Assembly (NCBI RefSeq): GCF_030144855.1
Contig: NC_082728.1
Coordinates: forward strand, 25,854,001-25,918,000
Source: Hypanus sabinus
Taxonomy: Eukaryota
Reading direction: 5' to 3'
DNA length: 64,000 nt
Positions 51,726-63,638 of the stretch are shown here, piece after piece. How positions within the stretch are numbered: the stretch's first letter is position 1; each line of letters begins with the position of its first letter. The notes beneath the pieces are model-generated. The model searched no databases. It was not told where the DNA came from and saw only the letters and a list, made by a program, of their open reading frames with translations. The position numbers and the translations under genes are program-made.

Positions 51726-53894
51726 CTGCTCATTTTAGATCCACCACTGCTGACCAGGGCTTCACATAAGCTATTTGTTCCATTTGAATATCTGTGCTTG
51801 TGCAACAATATTCCTGCAAACGGTTAATACTGTTAAGTAGCAGGAATGGTAGCCAAGATCAAAACAAATAGTGATTATTGTGCTGCCAACAAAACAGAAG
51901 ATTATATACTTTTAAACATGTGTCATCGAATGCTAAATGCCAAACATGATGTGGAAATCCTTCCTAGGAAGAGTTAAGTGTAAAAGTCAGATGATTTAAT
52001 CAATTTTGTAAAAAAAAATGTTGGCAGCTTAAACGGTTTGGTATGTTGAGGGGGCTATTTCTCTGCTGTACTTTTCTATGGCTATATCTGCACAGGTGCA
52101 ATGAGAAAAAGTTCTTGCAGCAGTATTGCAGGCACATAGCATCATGTAAGCAGCATTCATAAGAAAAACAAAGCATAAACACATAATTTCTACAGCCAAG
52201 TTTTTACAAGTTTACCCTCTTCCAAGTTAATTGGAGATAATACGAGGGGAATACAGCCAATTCACTCCCAGAAAATTGCTTCAGTTTTGAGTGTGATTCT
52301 GCCTGTCAATTAGAAGACAATAGGTTCAAGATCCACACCAGAGATGGACATATACAATAACTCTAGACTGACCTCCATGCATCACTGAGAGAATGTTGTA
52401 CTACTGGATATGTGGTCTTCAGGGTGAATCAAACCTAGTCAAATTCCTTAATTCTTGTTAAAACACTTTATCTAGTGATTATCAGATGTCTGTTAGTTAT
52501 TTTGCCTTGCCTTAATTAGCTGCTAAATTCCAAGCATTTCAATAATGTTTTAGTGAAAACATGTTGTGGTTCTTTCTAAGATTGTGAAAGATGCCATAAA
52601 AATGAGTAATCACTTTGCAATCCAGCCAATGCTGACAACATGAAATAAAAACAGGATCAGGAAGTATATGTAGAAAGAGGAAAACAGAGTTAATGTTTTA
52701 AGGTGACTATATTTTATATTCATGTATTTCAGACAGCCCACTTGGCTGAATCAAACTGATCTGGCCAAGTTTCTCAAGATAAAGGGAATAGATAACAGTT
52801 TTGGACAGAAGATGCTGTGATAATTTCAGACTAGGAACCAAAGAAGTAATCCCACCAAGTTTACCCTTTTTGCCACGAATCACTGGGAAATGGACATCCC
52901 TGTACAGTTGCAGCCACAAGAGCAGGCTCTTTACCTGGCTGGGAGCTCTGCACACACCACATCTGACTGAAAACCAAGCCCGACAAGCTGACTTTGGGGA
53001 GCAAAGAAGTGGGTGGTGTGGGGAATCTTGGAAAATGAGAAGTATGCTGGCTTTTCCTCTTTCAGCCGGCAAGCAATTTGATCTAAAGGTACTCATTCTG
53101 GTATTTTCCTCAAATACGTGCTTGAAGAAAATTCTTCTGAGCTGACAAAGTTCATGTGATGATCACTGCTGATCACTTCTGGCCTTTTCTCTTAACATGC
53201 AGTATTTTGTTTTGTTTACTAACACTAAAGGTCAGGGTGATTGTTAGATTCCAATTGTCTTACCCTTCTCAATTAACCACCTTTCAGTTTCTTCATCTGT
53301 AATGTACCTTCTAATGGAAGGGAGAAATAATAGCTTCATTTGCAACTATTCAGATAACTCCATAATCCATGTCCACTTTGAGACATGGACAGAATAAAGA
53401 TGAGACACTTACACCTCCATTTAAGTATGATGAGACACACCCAGCCAAGATAAGTAAGGAATTTACACATACATTTTAAGGTTTAAGTTGCTTTGCAATG
53501 GTACCCATTCGTATGCAAATTCATTAAGCAATTTAAGCATCCCAAAACCTTTACAGTCATCTGATAAAAAGTGCAATTCACTTTTATCTATTATATTTAA
53601 CAAGGCAGGTTTGCAAACACCAAAGTCCTTTGTGCATGCGATAACATTAAGGAATGCAAAATAATTTTTAGTGGTAGTATGAAATTAACACTGACATGTA
53701 TTTGTATGTTTAAGTCTTTCATGGAGTGAATAATCTATGTTTGATCTAAAGCATGAAGAAAATTCTAACAACTAAAACTGAAACATTGTGCAGAGGTAAT
53801 TGATTTTGCTTCAAAACAGAAAGTAGAGTCTTCACATGCAACAAGGCAGATTGAACAGTTGAAGGAAGAAAGGATGCAACACAGTTTGCTGGAT

Positions 53895-54375
53895 GCACAA
53901 GGACTACAGGTGCTTGAAATCTGGAGGAACACACAAAATTGCTGAAGGAACTCTGCAGGTCAAGCACAATCAATGGAGGGGTTAAAACAGTTGACACTTC
54001 GAGCCAAGAGCCTTAATCAGGATTGGAAAGAAAGAAGGCAGAAGCCACAATAAAAGAGTTTTGGGAGGGGCAGGAGCAAAAAGCAGGTAGGTGATAGATG
54101 AATCAAAGTAAAAGGAGGAAAATGGGAAGGTTGAAGGGTGAGAGATGTGGGAATGTTGTGAGAAGCTGGGAGGGGCTAGGTGAAGAGGCAAAGGGCTGAA
54201 AAAGTGGAAACTGATAGGAGGAGATAGTGGAAGGAGGTGAGGAGGTGGAAGTTGTGAGTGATGGGTAAATTGTGAGTGTGGTGAGGGAAAACAGAATGGG
54301 TATTGGGGCCTGAGGAATAATGGAAAACACAAAGGGGGGGGGTGGGGGGGTAGAGGGGGAGTGGTTCCTGGAAGA
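53895..54375 (-). mobile_element. Penelope-like element 3' end / pLTR
   Basis: Purine-rich reverse complement of the Penelope 3' region; minus-strand core ccaatcctgattaaggctcttggctcgaagtgtcaactg. Confidence 0.7.
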
Positions 54376-54499
54376 GAAATTGTTTTTTTTTTGTCATCTA
54401 TAACAACAATTTGGATGATAATGCGGTTAACTGGATCAGCAAAATGTCCAGATGACACCGAGATGGGGGGGGGGGGGGGTGGGGGTGTACTGGTCACTG

Positions 54500-54878
54500 A
54501 GGAAGACTGTCATGGCTTGTAGCGGGATATGGATCACCTGAGAAATGGCAGATGGAATTTAATGCAGAGAAGTGTGAGGTGTTGCACTTCAGTTGGACCA
54601 ACCAGGGCAGGTCTACACGGTGAACAGTAGGGCACTCAGAAGTGAGGTAGAACAAAGGGAGCTGGGAATACAGATCCATAATTCATTGAAAGTGGCGTCA
54701 CAAGTTGATAGGGTTGTGAAGATAGGTTTCAGCACATTGGTCTTCATATATCAAAGTATTGAGTATAGGAGGTGGGATGTGATGTTGAAGTGGTATAAGA
54801 CATCGTTGAGGCCTAATTTGGAGTATTGTCTACAGTTTTGGTCAACTACCTACAGGAAAGATGTAAATAAGATTGAAA
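54500..54878 (+). mobile_element. CR1 internal fragment
   Basis: LGIQIHNSLKVASQVDRVVK..LRPNLEYCLQFWS. Confidence 0.85.
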
Positions 54879-55189
54879 TTAAACGATTTTTAATCTGTTC
54901 AATATACGTACACTGTAATTGATTTACTTATTTATTATTATTACTTTTTTCTATATTATATATTGCATTGAACTGCTGCGGCTAAGTTAACAAATTTCAC
55001 ATCACATGCCGGTGATAATAAACCTGATTCTGATTCTTGCTGCTACAACTGTATTTCTATGTTATATTGACTGTCCATACTATTTATTATAAATTAATAT
55101 AAATTGCACACTTAGACAGAGATGTACTGTAAAGATGTTTACTCTTAGTGTATATGAAGAAATTAGTAATAAAGTTGATTCAGTTCCAC

Positions 55190-56220
55190 AATCTCCATCA
55201 GCACAGCTGCACCACAAGGCCGTGTGCTTAGCCTCTTGTTCTACTCACTTATAACATTTCTGTGAGTCTAAATGCACTTCCAATGCTATATTTATGATTG
55301 CTGATGACCCCACTGTCACTGGCTGAATCAAAAGTGGTGACAAATCGGCATACAGGAGGGGGATTGAAAATCTGGCTGAGTGGTGCCATAACAACAACCT
55401 CTCACTCAGTGTCAGCAAGACCAAAGAGCTGATTACCGTCTTCAGGAGGAGGAGGCCAGAGGTACATGAGCTAGTCCTCGCTGGGGTTCGGAGGTGGAGA
55501 GGACCAGAAACTTAAAATTCCTTGCTGTTATCATTTCAGAGCGTCCAGCAGATAAGGGCAATTACAAAGAAAGCACAGCAACACCTCCACTTTCTTAGAA
55601 GTTTGCAAGGTTTTGGCAAACTTATATAGATGTGTGGTGGAAAGTATATTGACTGGTTGCATCATGGCCTGGGACAGAAACACCAATGGCCTTGAGTGGA
55701 AAATTCTATAAAAAGTAGTGGACACAGCCCAGTCCATCATGAGCAAAGCATCATCACAGGAAAGTGGCATCCACCATCAAGGACCCCCAACCATACAGGC
55801 AATGCTCACTTCTCACTGCCACCACCAGGAAGTAGGTGCAGGAGCCTCAGGACCTGCACAACCAGGTTCAGGAAAAACTATTACCCCTCAGGTGCTTGAA
55901 CCAGAGGGGATAACCTCACTCGCTCCATCACTAAATTGTTCCCACAACTTATGGACTTACTTTCAAGGACGCCTTATCTCATGATGCTCTCGATATTTAT
56001 TGCTGATATATTTTTATCATCATTATTTTTCATTTGTATTTTCACAGTTTGTTGTCTTTTGCACATTGGTTGTGTGTCCATCTTGTTGGGTGCAGTCTTT
56101 CATATTTCTATCATGTTTCCTGGATTTTCTGAGTATGTCCACACGTAAACGAATCTCAGGGTTGTATATGGAGACATATATGTACTTTGGTAAAAAATTT
56201 AACTTGAAATTTTAACTTTG
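55190..56220 (+). mobile_element. Rex1/Babar-type LINE 3' relic
   Basis: APQGRVLS..IADDPTVTG..WCHNNNLSLSVSKTKELI-like RT remnants and the family 3' tail. Confidence 0.8.
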
Positions 56221-56249
56221 AATATGTAGACAAGGCAGTGATCCTCATA

Positions 56250-56376
56250 TCGAGTTTTTCGTTGTGAGAGTCGCCGTGCGTTTGGACCCTGTGCGGGAGC
56301 CGTCGTCGCGCTGTTAATTCCCGGATGTAGGGCGGGCCTTCTCTCCGTCTTCCTCTCGGTCGCCGCTCAGCTTCAG
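56250..56376 (+). promoter_or_regulatory. RPL38: RPL38 CpG-island promoter, 5'TOP tract and non-coding exon 1
   Basis: ETS-like CCGGATGT (56321), GC box (56330), pyrimidine tract ccttctctccgtcttcctctc (56337-56357), donor CAG|GTAGGA after 56376. Confidence 0.8.
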
Positions 56377-56518
56377 GTAGGACTTCAGCGGCGGGCGGAT
56401 CTCATCCGTGGCCATCCTCACTCACAGGGCGCCGGGTAGGGGCAGCGGCCACCCCGGTCGCGGCAGGTTTATAACTTGGAGCCATTGACTCAGTGTCCGG
56501 TTTGTTTTACTTTTCCAG

Positions 56519-56555
56519 GTGCCGTACCTCCACCGCTGGATCCGCCGTCACCATG
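56519..56555 (+). CDS. RPL38: RPL38 exon 2: 5'UTR plus initiator ATG (56553-56555) as its last codon
   Basis: Acceptor ttttacttttccag|, Kozak gccgtcaccATG, donor |GTAAGT; splices in frame to exon 3 to give [11 protein letters not shown]. Confidence 0.9.
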
Positions 56556-57709
56556 GTAAGTCGCCTCCCTTACCTCCAAATAATCTAAACTTAAGAAAAG
56601 CATTAAATCGCCATTTGGTTCTCTACTCCCCTGTGTCAGACATGCGTTCCATGGCCTTCCTGATGTAGAGAGCAGAGTAGATAATATCATGCCTTTCGTG
56701 AATAAAATCGACTTTCTTCCCGAGGAAGGTTTTATAACGTACTTTGAAAAACGCAGTTGTCAACTTGCATCTGACACTTTTACGGATTGTAAATCAAAAG
56801 CTGACGCTGACCCGCTGGGTGCATTCTGTATGTGTTAGTCTTGTTATGTAAAGGTTGTAGTGCATGATGGAGGCCTACTGGCTCTGCATATTGAAAATGA
56901 AGGGAGTAGGTTTCTCCCGAAAGTTCCAGTTTCAGACGGTGATAGAGGAAACGACCACTGAGCAGCTTGAGATGTGGTGTTCTCTTGGAGATGCGTTGGA
57001 ATTGCTTTGTAATTGTCACGTGTACTGCCAGATGCTACAAGCTCTTCAGGCAGCGAGGTCGTACCATGGAGAGGCAATATGGGAACGGAGAATATGGTTT
57101 TATAATTAATGAGAGTGCAGTGCAGGTGGATTTAAAAAGATGCAAAAACCAGTATGAGGTAGATTGAGAAGTGTACAAAGGATCTATATGACAGCAGGAG
57201 AGAAGCTGTCCATGAACCTGCTGGAAATGAAGCTCAGTGAAAATATGTTAAAATGGTGCTGATACGCTTTGCACAGTAATGTTCATGCAAGGTCGATATC
57301 TGCATAGCTCCTGTTCGGATTGGCTTGTGCATATGGCATGCTTCCCTAAGCTACACTTAGGAATTGATTATGTTGTGCTTCCATTCTGGTTTTTTGGCTG
57401 CTGAGGTTGCTAATGAATCTAATATGAGAGCAGGTCATTTCACGAATGAGATAAAAGGTGATCCGGCAAGTGGGGTGGATTTTTTTTTGCAGCAGTGTCA
57501 TTCTTCAGTGTGAAGTTGTGCATTAACTTTTGCATGGTAACTTGGTCCAGAGTGAGGTGGTTAGTTGCAGTTAGAGGGTGGTGTTGGAGCGCTGTTTTAA
57601 TTTGAGGCCTGCTGTGTGTGTGTTTGCTGGGTCCCTTGTTGGTTAAGAATGTAGATGTAGTTTGCAGGTGACACAAGAGTTGGCGCTGAAGTGAACAGTG
57701 AAGAATGGT

Positions 57710-58112
57710 ATCCAAGTTTCCATCCAGGATATGCTGCTCTTCTCATGCTGTCATCGGGAAGGATGTACAGAAGCCTTGAGGTCCCATGCCACCTGGTTCA
57801 GGAACAGTTATAATCCTTCAACCGTCATACTCCTGAACCAGTGTAGATAACTTCACTCACCTCAACGCTGTACTGACCTGAACTCAGCCCATGGACTTGC
57901 TTTCATGGATTCAAGGACTCATTCTCATTATTACTTATTTTTGTATTTGCACAGTTTTAGTCTTGTAACTTTGGTTGTGAGTCTTTGTGTGTAATTTTTC
58001 ATTGATTTTATTATAATTCTTTGTTCTACTGTGAATGCCTGCAGGGAAACAAATCCCTGGGTTGGATATGGTGATATACAAGTACCTTAGTAATAAATTT
58101 ACTTTGAACTTT
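57710..58112 (+). mobile_element. Rex1-type LINE 3' fragment in RPL38 intron 2
   Basis: Colinear with 55770-56220 (caccnggttcagga..agttat; tail aataaatttactttgaactt). Confidence 0.65.
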
Positions 58113-58188
58113 TCAAGTTTGAACAGAATCTAGATCAAGAGGGAAAGATGGCCAAGGAATGGCACAGGTGGAATTTAACTGGGATAAC

Positions 58189-58386
58189 TGGTGGTGTACT
58201 GGCATCAGCATTGGACCTCAAGGTGGATAGTCCTGAGTTTGAATCTGGCCAGGTCCCAACCTGTGTGGCCACAGTATCTGCATGAAGGAAATGCCTGGTA
58301 ATCTACTTCTGTACATTACCACAAAAATCATATGGACAACTACAGTATCCATGGGGTAGCCATGAGATGATGGCACTCAACAACAA
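58189..58386 (+). mobile_element. tRNA-derived SINE with (CAA)n tail, inside an old CR1 fragment (~58140-58935)
   Basis: A-box-like tggtgtactgg, B-box-like gagtttgaatc, tail caacaacaa. Confidence 0.5.
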
Positions 58387-60537
58387 GCATAAAGATAACA
58401 TTTAGGAAAGTTAAATGAGGGCGGAACATGTATGGAAGGGGTCAAGGGAGGGGGTGTTGCAGATCAGGGAGAATTGAGGTTATGAATACAGTGTTACCTT
58501 CATTTGGCAACACAGGGTAGGGAAGGTGGTGAATATTCTTTCAGCAGGGCATTGAGTACAGCAGTTGGGTTGTCACATCACAGCTGTACATGGCATTGGT
58601 GAGACTGATTTGGGGTATTGTAAAGTTTGGTCGCTATACTATAGGAAGGATTAAGCAAGAAAAGATTGTGTTGTTGCCTGGACTGGAGGGCTTTATTATG
58701 AGAAGTTGGGCTGGCACTGTTTTCTTGAGATGGGTGAGATGGGGTCTGAAGGGTTTGGCATATGGAATGAAGTGTTAGTAGTGGAGGGAGGCATAATTAC
58801 AATGTTTAAAGTGCATTTAGACAAAAATGGATAAAAAGGTAAAGAGGGATTTGGGCCAAATGCAGGCTAATGAGGGCCAAATCAAGTAAGCACCAAAGGA
58901 TAGGCAAGTTAGGCCAAAAGTCCTTTCTGTCTGCTAACTACCTTTACACACTCTTATTATACATCTTGTGTCCCCAAATCAGCCTGACTTGTTTCTTTTC
59001 CCCTTCTAAGTGGTTGGAGGGCAGAGATTTCCAGGAGTCATTGGACATGTACTGAAGGAAGCTTTGAGTATATTCTTGAATCTTTCTCTTTCTGCCTCAG
59101 GAATCCAGTGATGTGATTTGGTTTTTGTGAACACAGCTTGGATGCTACTTTTCTAATGCCTAAAGATCGCTGTTTTAGGTCGTGCAGCTCTCGGGTGCAT
59201 ATAGAAGAGTAGGGATGACTGCTGCCCATTAAACTAGTGAATTTCATTGATGTCTGCCTTCACCAAAGAGTGTGTTTTTAAAATTTGGGACGTTTTTGCA
59301 GAAAACTGGAAGGCCGGCTGTTGCAGTAGGAGCATGTTGGCTGAGGATGTTGAGCACGAGGCCTGATTTCATATGGTTTGGAGAGTGGTATTTTAGAACT
59401 TTAGAACCTATGTGCACAAATGCGATATTTGCATATCCCATTTGGACTGGAGTTTGGTTGACCTTGGTTCTGAAGTGTTGTCATTGTTGGTTATACATAT
59501 GTCACCATATCCAACCCTGAGATTTTTTTTTGCAGCTATTCATAATAAAAACAAGAAACAATGGAACCAATGAATGACTGCACCCATCAGGACAGACGAA
59601 TCATCAATGTGCAAAAGACAAAAAAAAATATTGAGAGTCCATGAAAGCACATCCATAACTTGTGGGAATGTTTCAGTGATGGGGCAAGTGAAGTTGATTT
59701 ATTTCATTTGCTCCATCTAATGGGGAGGGGGGAATGGTGCTTCAACCATTTTTCCCCATTAGATCAGATTAGCTCTGCTCTCACAGAAAACAGAATTTTG
59801 AGGTAAGCCTCAAAATTATGCTCAGAAAAATGGAGAAAGGTGTTTTAAGAAAAATGACATGTCGACAGGACTTGACCAGGATATGTTTGTACTTTGGTGT
59901 TGTGGAGCAGATGCAAGATGGAGGTGAATCTCTGTGTTCAGTTCAAATTTTGGAGAATGGTCCCTCCAAAACATTCAAAGGCTACAACTGGTGGCTGTTG
60001 CTGCTTCCTGCATTGAGTAGCCGCACTGTGAATGCTGTAGTCCCGTGTGCCTCAAGATGGTTTGAATCCACATTGGATTTAGCTTGCTGGCTGCACACTT
60101 GCAGAACTCTCCCCTAAGTAGGCACAATATGGTGAGAGAAAATATTATGGGATGAGCTGGCCTGATTGACTCCTGCCTGTGTCACTTGCCCCATGCAGCT
60201 GCTCAAGGGTTCGTGATTAGCTGTTTTTTTTTATCATTTTGAAAGCTGTGATCATTGAAGGAGACCAGAAAATTTTAATGTGCCACTGGTCAATGAAAAG
60301 TTCAGCTGGAAGGTATGGCATTAATGTGAAAGTGCTAAATTTCACTTGTCATTTTCTTTCCAACAGAAAGCTTTCAGTGCTTTCCGAGTGATTGTTGATG
60401 GTAGCTTGGCTTTCTGCTGCCAGTATGCAAATGAGTACAGTTTTTAGTTGTAGAACCAAAATAGGTCCTCCACATGTCTGCGCTAATGATGCCAAACAAA
60501 CTAATCCCATCAGTCTACACAAGGTCTGTATTTGTAC

Positions 60538-60618
60538 CAGGGGCTCCCAATCTGGGGTTTATGGACCCTCTGCTAATGGTATTGGTCTATGGCATAAAAA
60601 AAAGGTTGTGAACCCTTG
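60538..60618. mobile_element. ~80-bp hAT-like MITE
   Basis: CAGGGGCTCCCAATCT...AGGTTGTGAACCCTTG; degenerate 8-bp TSD atttgtac / atttttgc. Confidence 0.7.
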
Positions 60619-61533
60619 ATTTTTGCCAAGCCTGTTAATGTGTCTATCCAGGTGCCTCTTAACATGACTATACATCTGCTTCTACCAACTTCCCTGACAA
60701 TACACATTCTTGTCTTAGTTATTAGTGAGCTGCAGTATTCTCCAGTCTTGAGAAAAGATAGGGCAAACATTTGCCACAAATTCCATCCACCTTCTTGAGC
60801 TTGAAGATTTTGTAACTTTCTGAGGAGGGGTCCTTAGCCTGAAACATCTAGTTTCTTTATCCACAGGTGCATCTTGAGATTTTTCAGCTTTTTGTTTTTG
60901 TCTTTTAGCCTTTTTTTTACTATTTGATCAAAACATGCCTTTACTTTTTCTGCAGAGACCCAGCCACATCATCTGTCATCATTCATGCTTTTGTTAAGTC
61001 AAGGGCTAATTTTTAAAACAGTCTTAACAACTGCCTTTTCATAGTCTACACTCCATAAATTGAACTTATCCAAAACCATGATTATCCTTCTCACTTCTTT
61101 CTGTGGTCTAAATTGACACATACTTCAAGTTGCCTTAAATTGTCAGCTTGTCCTTTGCCCTTCCCCGCACACATTTCACCAACATTGACCTTCTGAAGCA
61201 CACATTTCATCACTGGCAGTCACCTTGGATCATTCACTTTCAATACACGTAAGCTCCTGGAGAAATTCTTTGTGGAGTTTTATTAAGTCTCCTGCACCAA
61301 TTGTACATTTACAGGTTTATCATTTTTTTGGCTTGATTACTTTTCTGTGATTTGTGTTTAAGATGTTAGGTAAAAAAAATTAATGGCATCACTGCTTTTC
61401 ACAGATCTATAAAGTTTGCTGTTTGTTTTGGTGGTTTATGTAACTTAATAATGGTCAATTTTTTTGTCAAATCACTGATTCTTTATTTAGTATCTGATGT
61501 CACAATAATAAGATTTGATTTTAAAATTTTGTC

Positions 61534-62666
61534 ATAAGTATGATATCCCCAATACACATTTTTTCAGATATTTACAGGTTAGGAATTTTTTACATGATTT
61601 TTTACCGAATTACCCCTCGGCCTGCTCTTTAAATTTGGCTTATATTATTTTTCAGTTTAAACCTTTTCAAAAACAATTAATAGTTATAATTTATAAACAG
61701 TTAATGAATGATCGCATGTCGCCCAATGATAGGGTTTCACTTTCAGCATTCACTTTCAGATAATCAATGGAGTAAAATTTATTATTTAGTTAATAATTCA
61801 ACTATCTGTGCATGCCATATCTTAATTCAGTTTAAGATAGTACATAAGATCCATATGTCCAATGATAAATTGGCACATATTTTTCTTAATATAAGCCCTA
61901 TTTGTGACAGATGTAATGCAGAAGTGGCTACTCTAACTCATGTTTTGGTCATGTGTAAGTTTAAACAATTTTCGGAGGGATGTGTTTGGAATATTATCTA
62001 AAGTCTTATCTAAATATTATCTATTATATGGATGTCCGACCTAATCCACTTACAGCAATTTTTGGGATTATTCCAGAGGAAGCAAGCAAAATGTCTGTTT
62101 CCGCCCAACTTGTGATAGCTTTTTCAACTTTACTGGCTAGGAGAGCTATTTTGCTACACTGGGAAGAATCTAACCCACCTACTGTTTTTTATTGGCTCTC
62201 CTCCATTATGTCATGTCTAAGCTTGGAGAAAATTAGAAGCCAGACATTTGATACATCCTTTAATTTTGAACAAGTCTGGCGACCCTTTATTCAATGTTTT
62301 CAAGTGATTTAATTTATTTTTATTAATGTATTTTTCTTTATTATCTCTGGGGGAAAATCCTTATCCATGAAGGTTTGGAGATGACTGATTCCTTCTCTTT
62401 TTTAAATTTTATCCTCAATTGGACTGCCCAATCTTTTTCTTTTCTTTTTTTTTTCCTTTCTCTTTTTTTACGATTGCTATGAGTTGTTTTTTTTTTGACC
62501 ATTGTATATATAACAGCATAATATTTTACCTATTTGATTTTGACATATACTTTCTGTTTTTATTATTGCTGTTTATATGTCTTATATTATCTATTTGTTA
62601 AGCTCCTCTAATTTGTATATCCTTTATTTGAAAATCAATAAAAAGATTGAAAAATGAAATGAAATG
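61534..62666 (+). mobile_element. 5'-truncated L1-clade LINE in RPL38 intron 2
   Basis: ORF2 C-terminal remnants KYDIPNTHFFRYLQVRNF, LIQFKIVH and CDRC..ATLTH (zinc knuckle); AATAAA at 62637; (TGAAA)n tail; 11-bp TSD aaaattttgtc (61523-61533 / 62667-62677) at a TT|AAAA site. Confidence 0.9.
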
Positions 62667-62796
62667 AAAATTTTGTCCTGAATAGGCATCTGGAGAGTGA
62701 CTCTAGATGATTCTTTAAATCTTTTAGCACCTTATTCTAACTGGTGCATTTTACATGAAATCTTCAATATTCATTTTTCTATTTGTATTCCAACAG

Positions 62797-62857
62797 CCTC
62801 GTCATATTTGTGAAATCAAAGATTTCTTGCTAACAGCAAGAAGAAAGGATGCAAAAT
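62797..62857 (+). CDS. RPL38: 60S ribosomal protein L38 (eL38), coding exon 3; remaining exons lie beyond the window
   Basis: ttccaacag|CCT CGT CAT ATT TGT GAA ATC AAA GAT TTC TTG CTA ACA GCA AGA AGA AAG GAT GCA AAA T|gtaagt = [20 protein letters not shown](S); matches eL38 [21 protein letters not shown]. Confidence 0.95.
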
Positions 62858-63638
62858 GTAAGTGAATTTAAAATAATTTATTCAAAATTAAATTCCAGGA
62901 AACAAATGTGATAAAAGGGTGAAAGAAAAGCAGAATACAGTAGATTGTAGTTGATTGGGACAGATCAGGGCCAGTGCTTTTTAGCCCAGTTGTGGCAGCT
63001 CCGCATTCCATCAGTTCTCAGCAGATATTATCGCCACCTAGGAATAATTCTGTTTCCAATTGATCTACTGCAGATATTTGGGATGTGGGAGGAGATTGGA
63101 GCCCACAGAGGCTACCCACTCAACAATGGGAAAAAAAGTGAAAAAATCCACAGAGGAATTGAACCCATGTCAGTTCCTTTCTCCCAGAACTGAACAATCT
63201 ATTGACCTACCATGGAAATTGGCCAAACAGGAGTTGTAAAATGTGATGAGTGAAATAAAGGATCATGGTTGTGACCATTATCCTGGCTAGGTGGAATGTT
63301 TTGAGGAATTGCAAATAAGTGATGTTAGAGCTGAAACTAAACTGAAGTTATAATAGCAAGGGAAGATGGCATAAGCTATAGATGAATTTCCTGCAATTTT
63401 GAGAATGTTCTAGTTTCATGCAATGTTGAGAATGGGAAGGTTCTAGTGTTTGGTGACTGAAACAAGGGGATGAAGTTTTTGATAATTTAGAATTAAATCT
63501 TTATGACTGATTTTCAAAATTTCTATATGCACAGCACTGTAGAACTTTTGAATTCTCATTGCAACTGGCATTTGGTGCTCAGCTAATTTTAAAATGTTAG
63601 CATGGAAAAAGGTGACTGTATTGTGCTGGTCTTGGTAC

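Noticed and set aside
52707-53145. Overlapping ORFs with faint similarity (GGITSL) to the C17orf80 C-terminus
   Set aside because: The match is too short, and the large exon expected for that gene is absent.
54335-54487. G-rich tracts as a functional G-quadruplex
   Set aside because: They lie within and between decayed repeats; homopolymer expansion is the simpler explanation.
63243-63345. Box C/D snoRNA candidate in an RPL38 intron (GTGATGA...CTGA)
   Set aside because: No convincing terminal stem or recognisable rRNA guide; would need snoscan or Infernal support.
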